Shown here: positions 8,764-18,719 of the stretch, piece after piece | Numbering within the stretch: the stretch's first letter is position 1 | Layout: each line of letters begins with the position of its first letter | Origin: Promethearchaeota archaeon | Lineage (GTDB): Archaea > Asgardarchaeota > Hermodarchaeia > Hermodarchaeales > Hermodarchaeaceae | DNA length: 64,000 nucleotides | NCBI GenBank assembly: GCA_048938385.1 | Contig: JBHLMG010000001.1 | Location: 32,001-96,000 of the forward strand | Reading direction: 5' to 3' | Notes under the pieces: model-generated | What the model was told of the DNA's origin: nothing | Database searches by the model: none | Seen by the model: only the letters and a program-made list of their open reading frames with translations | Position numbers and translations under genes: made by a program

Positions 8764-10446
8764 TTAGACTAGCTCCAACACCGTTTGGTCAAATACTATC
8801 ATGGTAATTAGAATCACTCCAAGAACCAAGGTTCCTTGTTGGGCGGTTAACGAAAATTCATGAAATCCAAGATCATACCATGCCTCAATGAACCAGATAA
8901 GAGAAGCATAACCTGATGTATTGGTGATTGCTGTACACCATGTCGTATTGGTACTAGACTCGACAAATTGAATATCCACATTGGTTAGTGGTTGGTAATC
9001 TAGCGTAGTAAGTTGTAAAAAATATTCTGTGGTTGTCTGGCGAAGGACTTGGATAGTAGAGTCTAGAATAAATCGTATTTCGTGGGTGTTAGTGATGAAA
9101 AGCTCTGTCTCACCATCTTTGAATTCTGGTCCGCCCTGAAAGACCATTTTAAACTGGAAGTCTTGGTCTCCCACATTCTGGGCTTGCCATAAGAAATGTG
9201 CGATTCCATTCGAATCTAAGGCTGTTTGTGCAAGAAGATTCCACATGGATTGATTGTAAAGGTAGATGGAACAGATTTTGCCCTGAATCGCGATAAGGGA
9301 TTCCTTATCCTTTGCTGATAATGTGAATTCAATGATATCTCCAATGGCTGCTTCCGAACAATTAGATTCAATACTTAAAAGGGCCTCTCGGGTGAATACC
9401 TGAATAGATATTGACATTGTTGTAAAGTTGTGATGGGGAACAGTGGCTTTGATGGTGAGAGTGTAGTTCCCTGGTGTGTTAGGAGCGAATATTTCAGCGG
9501 AAAAATGATTAGGGCTATCATAATTCATTGGTGTTGTTGCATTGTCTAAGGTGCATGACAAATTAGCTTCTTGGAGGGAATGGTTAGTTGTCTGGCAATA
9601 GATAAGTGCTGAAACTTGGATAGAACAATTATTGGTTAAGGGATAGTACGCTTGGACAATAGTCGTGTTGAGCGTAGAAGTTAAGGTCAGGCTTGAATTC
9701 AAGATATCGAAGGAGAAAAAGTGCATCGCAGAACTGTAATCTCCGGTTGAGAGGGCGGTGATGTTACAATCAAAGGTGCCGGTTCCACTTTGTGAGGTAT
9801 CGATTTCTTGCGCGAAAGTTGAAGTTTGAGAGGTATTAAGATCCCATGTTTGAATTATCTGAGTCTCTTGCGAGATAGCGATCCTGAGAGGATGCAATGG
9901 TACTAGAATTGACGCGTTATGGGAATTTTGCAATAAACCTTGGAGTTGAATGAGATCGTGGAAAGTAATCACTGCAGGTAAAGGTGATGTGCTTATGACC
10001 AAATCTCCTCGAAACACTGAAAATTGAAGTTCAGCAGTGTCAATCATCGTCCCGGAGGAGTCTTGAACCCATCCTTGAACTTGTACGACTCCAATTTGCC
10101 CTGTTGAATTGGGTTCCCAATCGGTGGGGGTTATCTCAAACGAAACGGTTTTGTTCACGCTGAGTCCGAGATCTGTAAATTGGTACATCTGTATAGGGAG
10201 GGGATTTCCTTGCACGATGAGGCTAACGCTTATTGACCCTGCACCCAGCGGATCTGAGGACTCGTAGTACATATCGTAAACAAGGGTCACGAATAGAGGT
10301 TCTCCGATTTGATAGGACGGCTGATCTATGTTTACTGCCACGATTTGAACGAAGCACTCTTGGGTTAGCACAGTATTTATGAATGGGCTAGTTAGCGGAA
10401 TAATGAGGATGGAAAGCAGGGAGATTATCAAGAAGTGACGATTCAT
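8764..10446 (-). CDS. Secreted/surface protein with Ig-like beta-sandwich repeats
   Basis: Signal peptide, S/T/N-rich beta strands, repeated 'T...G.A...W' motif shared with 1820..2938. Confidence 0.55.
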   Translation of the reverse strand: MNRHFLIISLLSILIIPLTSPFINTVLTQECFVQIVAVNIDQPSYQIGEPLFVTLVYDMYYESSDPLGAGSISVSLIVQGNPLPIQMYQFTDLGLSVNKTVSFEITPTDWEPNSTGQIGVVQVQGWVQDSSGTMIDTAELQFSVFRGDLVISTSPLPAVITFHDLIQLQGLLQNSHNASILVPLHPLRIAISQETQIIQTWDLNTSQTSTFAQEIDTSQSGTGTFDCNITALSTGDYSSAMHFFSFDILNSSLTLTSTLNTTIVQAYYPLTNNCSIQVSALIYCQTTNHSLQEANLSCTLDNATTPMNYDSPNHFSAEIFAPNTPGNYTLTIKATVPHHNFTTMSISIQVFTREALLSIESNCSEAAIGDIIEFTLSAKDKESLIAIQGKICSIYLYNQSMWNLLAQTALDSNGIAHFLWQAQNVGDQDFQFKMVFQGGPEFKDGETELFITNTHEIRFILDSTIQVLRQTTTEYFLQLTTLDYQPLTNVDIQFVESSTNTTWCTAITNTSGYASLIWFIEAWYDLGFHEFSLTAQQGTLVLGVILITMIVFDQTVLELV

Positions 10447-10513
10447 TCTGTTGATTTACCTTGAATGAGAAATTAAAACCCCTCAATTAATTGTCATCTT
10501 CTGAGGCATCCAA

Positions 10514-10903
10514 TTAGCCTTTTTGACGCATTGTTATTGTCATTCCCGAACTAACCTGCCCAAACACTTCTTCATAGTCACTAAGAGTGAAGTGTCCTAT
10601 AGGACTAACCTTGCTATACGGCGTCATTTTTTCAAAAAATAAACAAACCGCATCGCCTTGAGGCCAGTAGGCAATATCCCCTTCTTTGCACAACGAAACA
10701 GCCTTCTCTAATCCCATCCGAATTCCAATTTCAAAATAAAACTCCTTCTTCCAAAGGCGTATTCGACTTTGGATGGGCATAACTGAGAGCATTCGCTCAA
10801 CTAAGCGTGGAGAAAGTACGCTTCGAAGTTCTCCCTCAATCACTAGATTCTCAGAAATAACGAATTCTACAGGAGTACGAGTTGTGAATTCCGTTTTTTC
10901 CAC
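10514..10903 (-). CDS. Cyclophilin-like fold protein (likely GTG start at 10903)
   Basis: SP..VE..L..MP...W..E.YF...GDIAYWPQG.AVCLFF motif. Confidence 0.75.
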   Translation of the reverse strand: MEKTEFTTRTPVEFVISENLVIEGELRSVLSPRLVERMLSVMPIQSRIRLWKKEFYFEIGIRMGLEKAVSLCKEGDIAYWPQGDAVCLFFEKMTPYSKVSPIGHFTLSDYEEVFGQVSSGMTITMRQKG

Positions 10904-10916
10904 AGCAGCTCCCTGC

Positions 10917-11219
10917 CTAGCCTGTAGCCTTGGAGTACAATCGGAATTTCCCTTCAGAAGCAACTTGGCGAATTAATCCCTTTGATTCAAGTTCAGTTAA
11001 TACAGCCTTAGCAATGCTTACGCGCACACCATATTTCTGGGCAATAGCGCTCGGTGTTATAACACGCATCGTGGGTATTTCTTTTTCCATCTCTTGCTTT
11101 TGTTCTTCACTAATGATGAGTTCACGCCGAATTGCCTCATGACGACTGGTCTTCGCTTCATCTTGGGGGGACGAATCCCGCGTAGACTGTTTTGATATTG
11201 GCTTGCTTTTCTTAGGCAT
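10917..11219 (-). CDS. rps25e: 30S ribosomal protein S25e (start ATG 11219)
   Basis: Basic N-terminus, then KEIPTMRVITPSAIAQKYGVRVSIAKAVLTELESKGLI winged helix. Confidence 0.9.
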   Translation of the reverse strand: MPKKSKPISKQSTRDSSPQDEAKTSRHEAIRRELIISEEQKQEMEKEIPTMRVITPSAIAQKYGVRVSIAKAVLTELESKGLIRQVASEGKFRLYSKATG

Positions 11220-11265
11220 AATACCACAATCTCCTGAAAAAGTGGACTTGTATTTAAAGGATTTT

Positions 11266-12690
11266 CTAAGCAACTGGTGTCAAAAGTTGCTGATCTGTTA
11301 TCACTCGACTTCGGTATTCTGTTAGAACCTCTTCTAGTTCCTGCTTATTCGAAACTACATGAATCCTCATTTCAGAGGCAATCCGAGAGACCGTGTCTTC
11401 TAGAACGCGAATTTGTATAGGATTGGTGATTAAAAAGCCAATGTCACTATGTTCCTCGCTCTTAAGCCCTGTTACCATTCGCTCTACTAGCCAACTTATC
11501 TGTTGTTCCAAATTTTGCGAAATAATGAAAAACAGAAACTTACCAACTTGGGCATCAAACCTCATTGGAACTCCATCAATCAAGATTTGAGCGTCTTTTA
11601 CACAGGGCAATCCAAGAGTCGATGATAACTGAGCTAGAAGGGTTTTCCAAGTCACAGGGTTCGTTCCCTCTTCAAATTGGATGAATTCGGGTTGAGCTAT
11701 GATGGTTTCTTGACTCAATTGAACTGATTTAATTTGGTTGAAAATGAGTTTGGCTGTTGATGAAAAATCTAAGGCTTTCTGTGTGAAAATAACGGGATTA
11801 CGAGAAAGGATATCTCCAAAGAACTGGATCGCCTTACCCGCTGGAATTTTAACAATGTGTTTTGGTTTAATGGAAGAGAGAATGGAGTTAATTGGTTCAT
11901 TAGAAACCACAACCAACGAATCAAAAACTGTAAAATTACTTTCTTCCCGTCTTAATGAAAGAATAACTCTAAGTTGTTGAGAATTAGATTTATGAGCAAA
12001 AATCTTACCTACGCTAATCTCATTCGATGGGCCTATACCCGTGAATACCCTCCGCTCCTTTGTAACATCGCTTTGGATAAACACACCATTTTTTATGCCA
12101 ACACTTACTCGAGTTATGCTCCCTGTCATTCCCAGGGAAAAGTGGGTCATCAGCTCGTCGCCTTTCAAGATGTGGACCATTCGAGGGTTCAGGAGCGTTG
12201 TTAAGTTGGTTGAAACGCTCTCTACAAGCTCTTGTATACGAGTGAGAAAGGATTCCTTATCCAGTTTGATGAAAAAGTTCACAAAACATTCCTCCTGTGA
12301 CACCCATTCAAAACTACAAATTGTGGAGATTGGTATGATTTTGAGAAGAATGGTTAGGGTACGCATTGCAGTTTTGGTTTCGATGATACTTGGTGTTAAT
12401 CTAAAAGCAAAAAACACAGCATTGCGACTTTTCGGGGACTGGAATGCAAGAAGCCCCTCTTCAAAGACCGTTGGGTTGGTCAAATCAAAGAGTTCACTTT
12501 TAACCTCAATTAGTATTGCTCTTACAAGGAAAGCTGATGAGACTATCGAAACTCCTAGCAGGACTAGGTTGCCCCAAGCAGGGTACAATCCCAATATCAG
12601 GAGAAAGAGAAGGAGAACAAGACCGATGCTCAAGTAACTCAGGCCAAGTGAAATAATTTGTTGGTACCTTTTTACGACTGCTACCCTCAT
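11266..12690 (-). CDS. Hypothetical membrane protein (2 N-terminal TMs, large soluble region)
   Basis: 474-aa ORF filling the gap; hydrophobic hairpin at the N-terminus. Confidence 0.55.
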   Translation of the reverse strand: MRVAVVKRYQQIISLGLSYLSIGLVLLLFLLILGLYPAWGNLVLLGVSIVSSAFLVRAILIEVKSELFDLTNPTVFEEGLLAFQSPKSRNAVFFAFRLTPSIIETKTAMRTLTILLKIIPISTICSFEWVSQEECFVNFFIKLDKESFLTRIQELVESVSTNLTTLLNPRMVHILKGDELMTHFSLGMTGSITRVSVGIKNGVFIQSDVTKERRVFTGIGPSNEISVGKIFAHKSNSQQLRVILSLRREESNFTVFDSLVVVSNEPINSILSSIKPKHIVKIPAGKAIQFFGDILSRNPVIFTQKALDFSSTAKLIFNQIKSVQLSQETIIAQPEFIQFEEGTNPVTWKTLLAQLSSTLGLPCVKDAQILIDGVPMRFDAQVGKFLFFIISQNLEQQISWLVERMVTGLKSEEHSDIGFLITNPIQIRVLEDTVSRIASEMRIHVVSNKQELEEVLTEYRSRVITDQQLLTPVA

Positions 12691-12826
12691 CTTTCTCTAA
12701 CAAATTCTTGTTAAAACGGGCTAAAAACTCGTACAAAACACGAACCTGACACTACTTCCAAATTATCACGATATGAGTAAAATTTAAGACACCTTAGGGC
12801 TTTGCCGCTGCTGAAGATCGCTCAAG

Positions 12827-13282
12827 GTGCTTGAATCGATGCCGGTCTTTAGAACTGATTTGTATGTTACACTCAAGGTGTCTGATTTTGATTTAGCTCA
12901 ATCGAGTGATTTGCTCTTTCAAATCTTAAGTAATGTGTCCGATCTTCGAAATGTGAAGATGACAAAAGTACGACACGATAAAGAAGAACAAGGAAAAATT
13001 AAGATTGAAGAATGGTTTGAAATAACCGGTTCAATAAATGTTCCCGAAGGCGGCAAATCATTTTGGGCGATCTCAAAAGAGAGCTCAATAAAAGAACCTT
13101 ATAACTTCTTTATCCGCATCGATAGAAACATTGAGGCTGAAGACTATGAGACTGCCCAGAACCGAGCCCATGATTGGGTTTTAGCCGTATTTATCAAGCC
13201 CTTAGAAGCAAAACTCAATTTTGAGGAAAAGCACCTATCGGCTCCAGACAAACTGAGTAAAATCGCTCAAAAGTTGGGGTGA
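12827..13282 (+). CDS. Hypothetical protein, first gene of the tfr operon
   Basis: 151-aa ORF ending 3 nt before tfrA. Confidence 0.6.
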   Translation: MLESMPVFRTDLYVTLKVSDFDLAQSSDLLFQILSNVSDLRNVKMTKVRHDKEEQGKIKIEEWFEITGSINVPEGGKSFWAISKESSIKEPYNFFIRIDRNIEAEDYETAQNRAHDWVLAVFIKPLEAKLNFEEKHLSAPDKLSKIAQKLG

Positions 13283-13285
13283 AAC

Positions 13286-14992
13286 TTGTTGACTTTTGAA
13301 ATAATCGACACAGAGATTCTCATTGTAGGTGCCGGAGGGGCCGGTTGCCGTGCTGCGATTGCTGCTTCAGAATCGAATCTAGATATAACCATTATCACAA
13401 AGGACATTCTTGGTAAAGCTCATACTGTGATGGCAGAGGGAGGAATCAATGCAGCATTAGCTAACCTCGATCCAGATGACACTTGTGAGATACATGCAGG
13501 AGATACTTGTAGAGCTGGAGCCTTTCTTAATAACCAGAATCTAGTTCAAATTCTCGCCGATGAAGCTCTTCCACGCGTTTTAGATCTTGAAAACTTTGGG
13601 GCTTTGTTCTCACGCACGCCAGATGGATTGATAATGCAACGCCCATTTGGTCACCAGACCTATCGACGAACATGCTACGCTGGTGATCGGACCGGTCATG
13701 AAGTTATTGCCACTTTAACTGATGAACTTCGTCGACGAGATGTTCACATTATAGACGAGATCTTTGCGACTTCACTTCTTCGCAACTCCAATCGTGTATC
13801 AGGAGTTTCAGTAATTGACATTCGGACAGGAAAATTCAAAATTTTCCGCGCTCCTGCAGTCGTCATGGCAGCAGGCGGGGCAGGGCGTATTTATGATGTA
13901 ACGACTAACGCGCAAGCAGATGTCGGTAGTGGTTATGCAATGGCATACAAAGCAGGCGTTAAACTGATTGATATGGAACAGTTTCAATTCCATCCAACCG
14001 GTGCAGCAATCCCGCCTGCGGCTCGAGGACGCCTAGTAACAGAAGGAGTACGCGGTGAAGGTGGGATTCTTCTCAATAAGAACGGAGAACGGTTCATGAA
14101 ACAATATAATCCCCGTTCGATGGAGCTTGCGGGTCGTGACGAAGTTGCTCGATCAATAGCCACTGAAATTCGTGAAGGTCGAGGAACAGTTAACGACGCC
14201 GTGTATCTAGATATTTCATTTTTACCTGCCAAAATTATCGAAGAACGGCTACCAACCATGCTAGAAGATTTCTTGGATATTGGGGTAGATATTCGAAAGG
14301 AACCAATGGAGGTCACTCCAACAGCCCACCATGTGATGGGAGGAATCAAAATTGACACTTCCGCCGCTACTACCCTCCCCGGGTTCTTTGCTGCAGGTGA
14401 AGTAGCAGGGGGAGTTCATGGAGGGAACAGACTAGGAGGAAACGCACTGGCGGCAGGTCAAGTATTTGGAAAAATCGCTGGGGATTCTGCCGCGCTATAT
14501 GCTAAATCTACCTCGACACCTAAACTTAATCGAGACGAAATCAACAACGAATATTCTAGGATAACAGCTCCGCTAAAAAGAGAAGCCGGTCTTAGCCCTT
14601 CAGCTGAAATAAAACGACTACAAAGCGCTATGTGGGATAAAGCAGGGCTATTCAGAAATGAACAAGACCTAAATGACGTCTTGCTTTTCATCAAGCAACA
14701 GCAACAACAGGTCATTGACCAGTTGGTCGTTCAGAACAAAGCCATGCGGTATAACACAGAATGGATTAGTGCACTAGAATTGCAGGATATGGGGCTTGTT
14801 GCAGAGATGATTGTTCGTGCGGCTCTCTTACGCAAGGAATCGAGAGGCGCTCACTTTCGAACAGATTATCCCAATCTTGACAATGAGAACTGGTTCTCGA
14901 ACATCGTGATATTTCAGCAAAAGGGAACGATGGTGCTCAAAAACGAAGCCGTTGTTGTCACGAAATGGAATCCCCCATGGACTAGAAAATAG
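13286..14992 (+). CDS. tfrA: Fumarate reductase flavoprotein subunit (thiol:fumarate reductase A type)
   Basis: GAGGAG, AHTVMAEGG, QFHPT, TEGVRGEGG, HH.MGG, HGGNRLGGN, ESRGAH. Confidence 0.9.
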   Translation: MLTFEIIDTEILIVGAGGAGCRAAIAASESNLDITIITKDILGKAHTVMAEGGINAALANLDPDDTCEIHAGDTCRAGAFLNNQNLVQILADEALPRVLDLENFGALFSRTPDGLIMQRPFGHQTYRRTCYAGDRTGHEVIATLTDELRRRDVHIIDEIFATSLLRNSNRVSGVSVIDIRTGKFKIFRAPAVVMAAGGAGRIYDVTTNAQADVGSGYAMAYKAGVKLIDMEQFQFHPTGAAIPPAARGRLVTEGVRGEGGILLNKNGERFMKQYNPRSMELAGRDEVARSIATEIREGRGTVNDAVYLDISFLPAKIIEERLPTMLEDFLDIGVDIRKEPMEVTPTAHHVMGGIKIDTSAATTLPGFFAAGEVAGGVHGGNRLGGNALAAGQVFGKIAGDSAALYAKSTSTPKLNRDEINNEYSRITAPLKREAGLSPSAEIKRLQSAMWDKAGLFRNEQDLNDVLLFIKQQQQQVIDQLVVQNKAMRYNTEWISALELQDMGLVAEMIVRAALLRKESRGAHFRTDYPNLDNENWFSNIVIFQQKGTMVLKNEAVVVTKWNPPWTRK

Positions 14993-15009
14993 CGTTTGAG
15001 GCGTATTTC

Positions 15010-16578
15010 ATGGCGAAAGGAAAAACAGTGAGGTATAAAATTCTAAGACATAATCCCGACATCGATGATGAACCGATTTTCGTCACCTATGATGTTCCCT
15101 ATTCTGACCGCCAAGGCGTCCTTGATGCTTTACACCACATTTTTCGGGATTTAGATTCAACCTTAGCCTATAGGTGGAATTGTCGTACTGGGCAATGTGG
15201 GTCATGCGCTATTAGTATTAATGGGGTTCCAGGACTTGCGTGCCGAACTGTAGTAGATCCAACAAAGGAGTACATTCTAGAGCCTTTACCCAATTTTCCT
15301 GTTATTCGTGATTTGGTCGTCGATCTCGGACCTGGGTTTAAGCGTCTTGAAAAACTTCGTCCATATCTTGAGAGAACCTCTGCACCTGATCGTCCCGAAA
15401 AGCTAACACGGGAGGAGGTTTCAGCCGCCATGGAGTTACGCTCTTGCATAGAATGTTTCTCATGCTATGCTGCTTGTCCCGCGGTTGCCTCTGCCAAGCA
15501 AGAATATCCTGGGCCAATCGCCATGAGGGAGCTAGCTAGTTTTGAATTCGATCCGCGTGATCAAGGTGATCGTGTACAATTAGCAGTTAGCAGCGGGTTG
15601 TATGATTGTACTAGCTGTGGAATATGTAAAGAGGTCTGTGTTCCAAAACATATTGACACTCGGCGTACTGCTGTTGAAGGGTTGCGAGCTCTTGCTGTTG
15701 ACCGCAAAATGGGACCCTTGGAAGGGCATCTAGGCTTTATCAAACAGATTGAAGATACGGGGTATGCTGTCGATGTTAAAACTACCCCACTTACTGATCA
15801 ATTACCCGATGTTATAGATGTGGAAAACCCGATCGATGAAGTCTTATTCTTTCCGGGTTGTCTAATCAATCTCCGGATTCAACAAGTGGGAATGAATGTT
15901 ATCGAAGTATTGAAGAAAAATAAGGTTCGTGTGCATATACCCAAAGATTTCGTTTGCTGTACTAGTGTGGCTTTTAGAACAGGGGCCCGAACAGTTGCTT
16001 ATGATATGGTTTTACGGAACACAGATTATTTTCGAAAATTAGGCGTCAATAAGGTTGTTGGTTTATGCCCTGGTTGCATGTCGACCATCAAGCAAGATTG
16101 GCCAGTGGTCTTACATGAAAAAGATAGTCCTCCGTACGACTTTGAACCCTTTGATATCAATGAGTACTTAATTGGAGTGGTAGGGGTTGAACGAATTAAT
16201 CAAAAGGAGCTCAAGCCACTTCCAATCCGAGTTGTATACCATGATCCCTGCCATTTGAATCGCCATCAAGGAATTAGCGAAGAGCCTCGAAAGCTCATCC
16301 AAATGATACCAGGTCTCGAGTTCATAGATATCAAAGACAGCGATCGGTGTTGTGGCGCGGGTGGTGGTGTTCGAGCTGGTCGGCGAGAACTTTCAGAAGA
16401 TATTGCTGGAATAAAATTTGAACTACTTAGCGAGGTAAATCCTGATGTAATAGCAACATCGTGCTCTTTTTGTTACATTCAGCTCCTTGATGCAGTAAAG
16501 AAGGCTGGTTCACAAATCAAAGTAATGAATATCACAGATTTACTGGCAATGTCATATCGTGGTGAGGCTCTCAAATAA
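15010..16578 (+). CDS. tfrB: Fumarate reductase Fe-S subunit with C-terminal CCG domains (TfrB type)
   Basis: CRTGQCGSC [2Fe-2S] motif, two CxxCxxC [4Fe-4S] motifs, then FPGC/CC, HDPCH and CCGAGGG HdrD-like domains. Confidence 0.88.
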   Translation: MAKGKTVRYKILRHNPDIDDEPIFVTYDVPYSDRQGVLDALHHIFRDLDSTLAYRWNCRTGQCGSCAISINGVPGLACRTVVDPTKEYILEPLPNFPVIRDLVVDLGPGFKRLEKLRPYLERTSAPDRPEKLTREEVSAAMELRSCIECFSCYAACPAVASAKQEYPGPIAMRELASFEFDPRDQGDRVQLAVSSGLYDCTSCGICKEVCVPKHIDTRRTAVEGLRALAVDRKMGPLEGHLGFIKQIEDTGYAVDVKTTPLTDQLPDVIDVENPIDEVLFFPGCLINLRIQQVGMNVIEVLKKNKVRVHIPKDFVCCTSVAFRTGARTVAYDMVLRNTDYFRKLGVNKVVGLCPGCMSTIKQDWPVVLHEKDSPPYDFEPFDINEYLIGVVGVERINQKELKPLPIRVVYHDPCHLNRHQGISEEPRKLIQMIPGLEFIDIKDSDRCCGAGGGVRAGRRELSEDIAGIKFELLSEVNPDVIATSCSFCYIQLLDAVKKAGSQIKVMNITDLLAMSYRGEALK

Positions 16579-16587
16579 GTGATTTGA

Positions 16588-17187
16588 TTACACCCCGGCA
16601 GTTTTGTAAACAGTTTTTCTATTCTTTTCCACCTGTTCTCTAATTTGTTCGAAGAGATTTTCACCAGTCGCATCAATTGCGACGATCAAAGGTCCGAACC
16701 GTTCAACTTCCATAATCCAAAGAGCTTCTGGCATTCCGAGATCCAACCAAGCTACATCTCGGATACGCCGAACAGCCTTGGCTGCCAAGACAGCTGCACC
16801 TCCGGTGAAGGCACCATAAATCGCTCCGATCTTCCTCATTGCTGCAGCTGTTTTTGCCCCCATTCCTCCCTTACCAATAATAACTCGAACTTGAAATGCC
16901 TCAATAAACTTGTCTTCAAACATTTCCATGCGAGTACTTGTTGTCGGACCCGCTGCTACTAATTCCCATTCTCCATCATGTTTCCTTACAATTGGTCCAC
17001 AATGAAACAGGGCTAAACCATCGGGTTGAATTGGCAATGGTTTGTTTAATTCATACCATTCGAGGGCCCGTTCGTGTGCTTCATCACGAGCCGTAAAGAT
17101 GGTTCCAGAGATGTAAACGATATCATTAACACGAAGCTTTCGAATTGTCTTTTCTGAGATAGGAGTAGTCAACTCGTATGTTGCCAT
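16588..17187 (-). CDS. Fe-S fumarate/tartrate hydratase beta subunit
   Basis: TARDEAH, GPTTSTRM, IGKGG, DLGMPEA. Confidence 0.92.
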   Translation of the reverse strand: MATYELTTPISEKTIRKLRVNDIVYISGTIFTARDEAHERALEWYELNKPLPIQPDGLALFHCGPIVRKHDGEWELVAAGPTTSTRMEMFEDKFIEAFQVRVIIGKGGMGAKTAAAMRKIGAIYGAFTGGAAVLAAKAVRRIRDVAWLDLGMPEALWIMEVERFGPLIVAIDATGENLFEQIREQVEKNRKTVYKTAGV

Positions 17188-17188
17188 T

Positions 17189-18067
17189 TTACTTCACCTT
17201 ATGTGAGGTGTATTCCACCTTTCCTTCTTTGCTAATAGTTGCTGAAGCACGTCTGGCTGCCCAACACTGCACAGCTAAACCAACAGGGAACGAAGCAGGA
17301 TGCCGCATAGCTATATCAATGTGCACATCTAACACTGTAGTGTCTCCACCAAGTCCCATTGGACCGATTCCCGTTCTATTAAGACCCTGCCTGAGATCTT
17401 CTTCAATTTTAGCCACTTTAGGATCAGAGTGGCGTTGACCTACTGGTCTTAGTAATTGCTCTTTTGCTATCTTCAAGCTAATGTCTGCGCCTCCTCCAAT
17501 ACCAATCCCAATAATAGTCGGTGGACACGGCTTGGCTCCTGCTTCAATCATTGAATCAATTACGAATTGTTTCATACCATTCAATCCCTGACCCGGGGTA
17601 AGCATTCCTAATTTGCAGACATTCTCTGAACCACCCCCCTTTGGTAAAGCTGTGACATGTAGATCAGAACCATCAGTGATCTTCCAATTTATCCAGGGAA
17701 TATTGAGACCGGTGTTATCACCAGGATTCTTATGTAAAATTGGATTTACTGTATTTGGGCGAAGCGGAATCTTCTGAGTTGCTTTTCGAACGGCATTAGT
17801 AAGGATTTGTGGAATCTCGTTTAATAATGGAAATTTAGTACCTACGGTAACATAGAAAATTTGTATTCCTGTATCTTGGCACATGGGGATCGAACGCTGA
17901 CGCGCAAGTTCGATGTTTTCAAGAATGGCCTGTAATTGATTCTTTGCCGTAAGGTTTCGTTCATTTTTCAGCGCCTCTTCGAGTCCTTTAGATACATCTC
18001 GGGGTAAATCAGTAACAGCTAAACGCAAGAGGTTAACAATAACCTCTTCCAAGTCGTTAGCATTCAT
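17189..18067 (-). CDS. Fe-S fumarate/tartrate hydratase alpha subunit
   Basis: PMCQDTG, KGGGSEN, CPP, GPMGLGG, CWAAR. Confidence 0.92.
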   Translation of the reverse strand: MNANDLEEVIVNLLRLAVTDLPRDVSKGLEEALKNERNLTAKNQLQAILENIELARQRSIPMCQDTGIQIFYVTVGTKFPLLNEIPQILTNAVRKATQKIPLRPNTVNPILHKNPGDNTGLNIPWINWKITDGSDLHVTALPKGGGSENVCKLGMLTPGQGLNGMKQFVIDSMIEAGAKPCPPTIIGIGIGGGADISLKIAKEQLLRPVGQRHSDPKVAKIEEDLRQGLNRTGIGPMGLGGDTTVLDVHIDIAMRHPASFPVGLAVQCWAARRASATISKEGKVEYTSHKVK

Positions 18068-18106
18068 TCAGATCATCTCCTACCAGAGATAATCACATTG
18101 ACCCGC

Positions 18107-18697
18107 TCATCTACCTATCGTTTTGGGTTGTGCAAGTTGGGACCCCAAGAGGATTTTGCGTAAAAGCTCTTGTAAGAGATTAACTGTGCGTATGCCTTGC
18201 GTGGCAACCGTTTCAAATATTTCCGACGACCCATTCAGACCAAGGGCATTGATAAAGTCAACACGGCTAAGTAAAGGAAGAATATCGCGCTTATTTAATG
18301 CGAAAACAACAGGTATATCCGAACTAAGACGCGATCCAAAATAACCTTGAAGTTCTTTCCAACATCGTTGGTTCTCCCCAATTAACTTCGGGTTGGAATC
18401 GGCGACAAACACAATGCCATCTGTTCCAGTTAGAACCGTTGAACGCGTCTCAGCATAGTAGTCTTGACCTGTCGCTGACCAAATGTGAATTTGCAGAATC
18501 CACTCCCCCTGAGTGAGTTCTATTGGACCATAATCAAAAAAAAGTGTTCGACCTGTTGTTGTTTCTATCGACTCAAGCCGTGAGAGAATATTTAGGTGAC
18601 GAAAAAGAGAGCGAATACTTTCAGTTTTTCCACTCATTGCAGGGCCATAATAGACAATTTTGGTCTGAATAATCCGTTGACTCCAATCAATTAACAA
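18107..18697 (-). CDS. MglA-like small GTPase
   Basis: KIVYYGPAMSGKT, RTLFFD, GQ, DGIVFVADS, NKRD. Confidence 0.9.
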   Translation of the reverse strand: MLIDWSQRIIQTKIVYYGPAMSGKTESIRSLFRHLNILSRLESIETTTGRTLFFDYGPIELTQGEWILQIHIWSATGQDYYAETRSTVLTGTDGIVFVADSNPKLIGENQRCWKELQGYFGSRLSSDIPVVFALNKRDILPLLSRVDFINALGLNGSSEIFETVATQGIRTVNLLQELLRKILLGSQLAQPKTIGR

Positions 18698-18719
18698 GAT
18701 CTCAGTCCTCCGACTGTTT

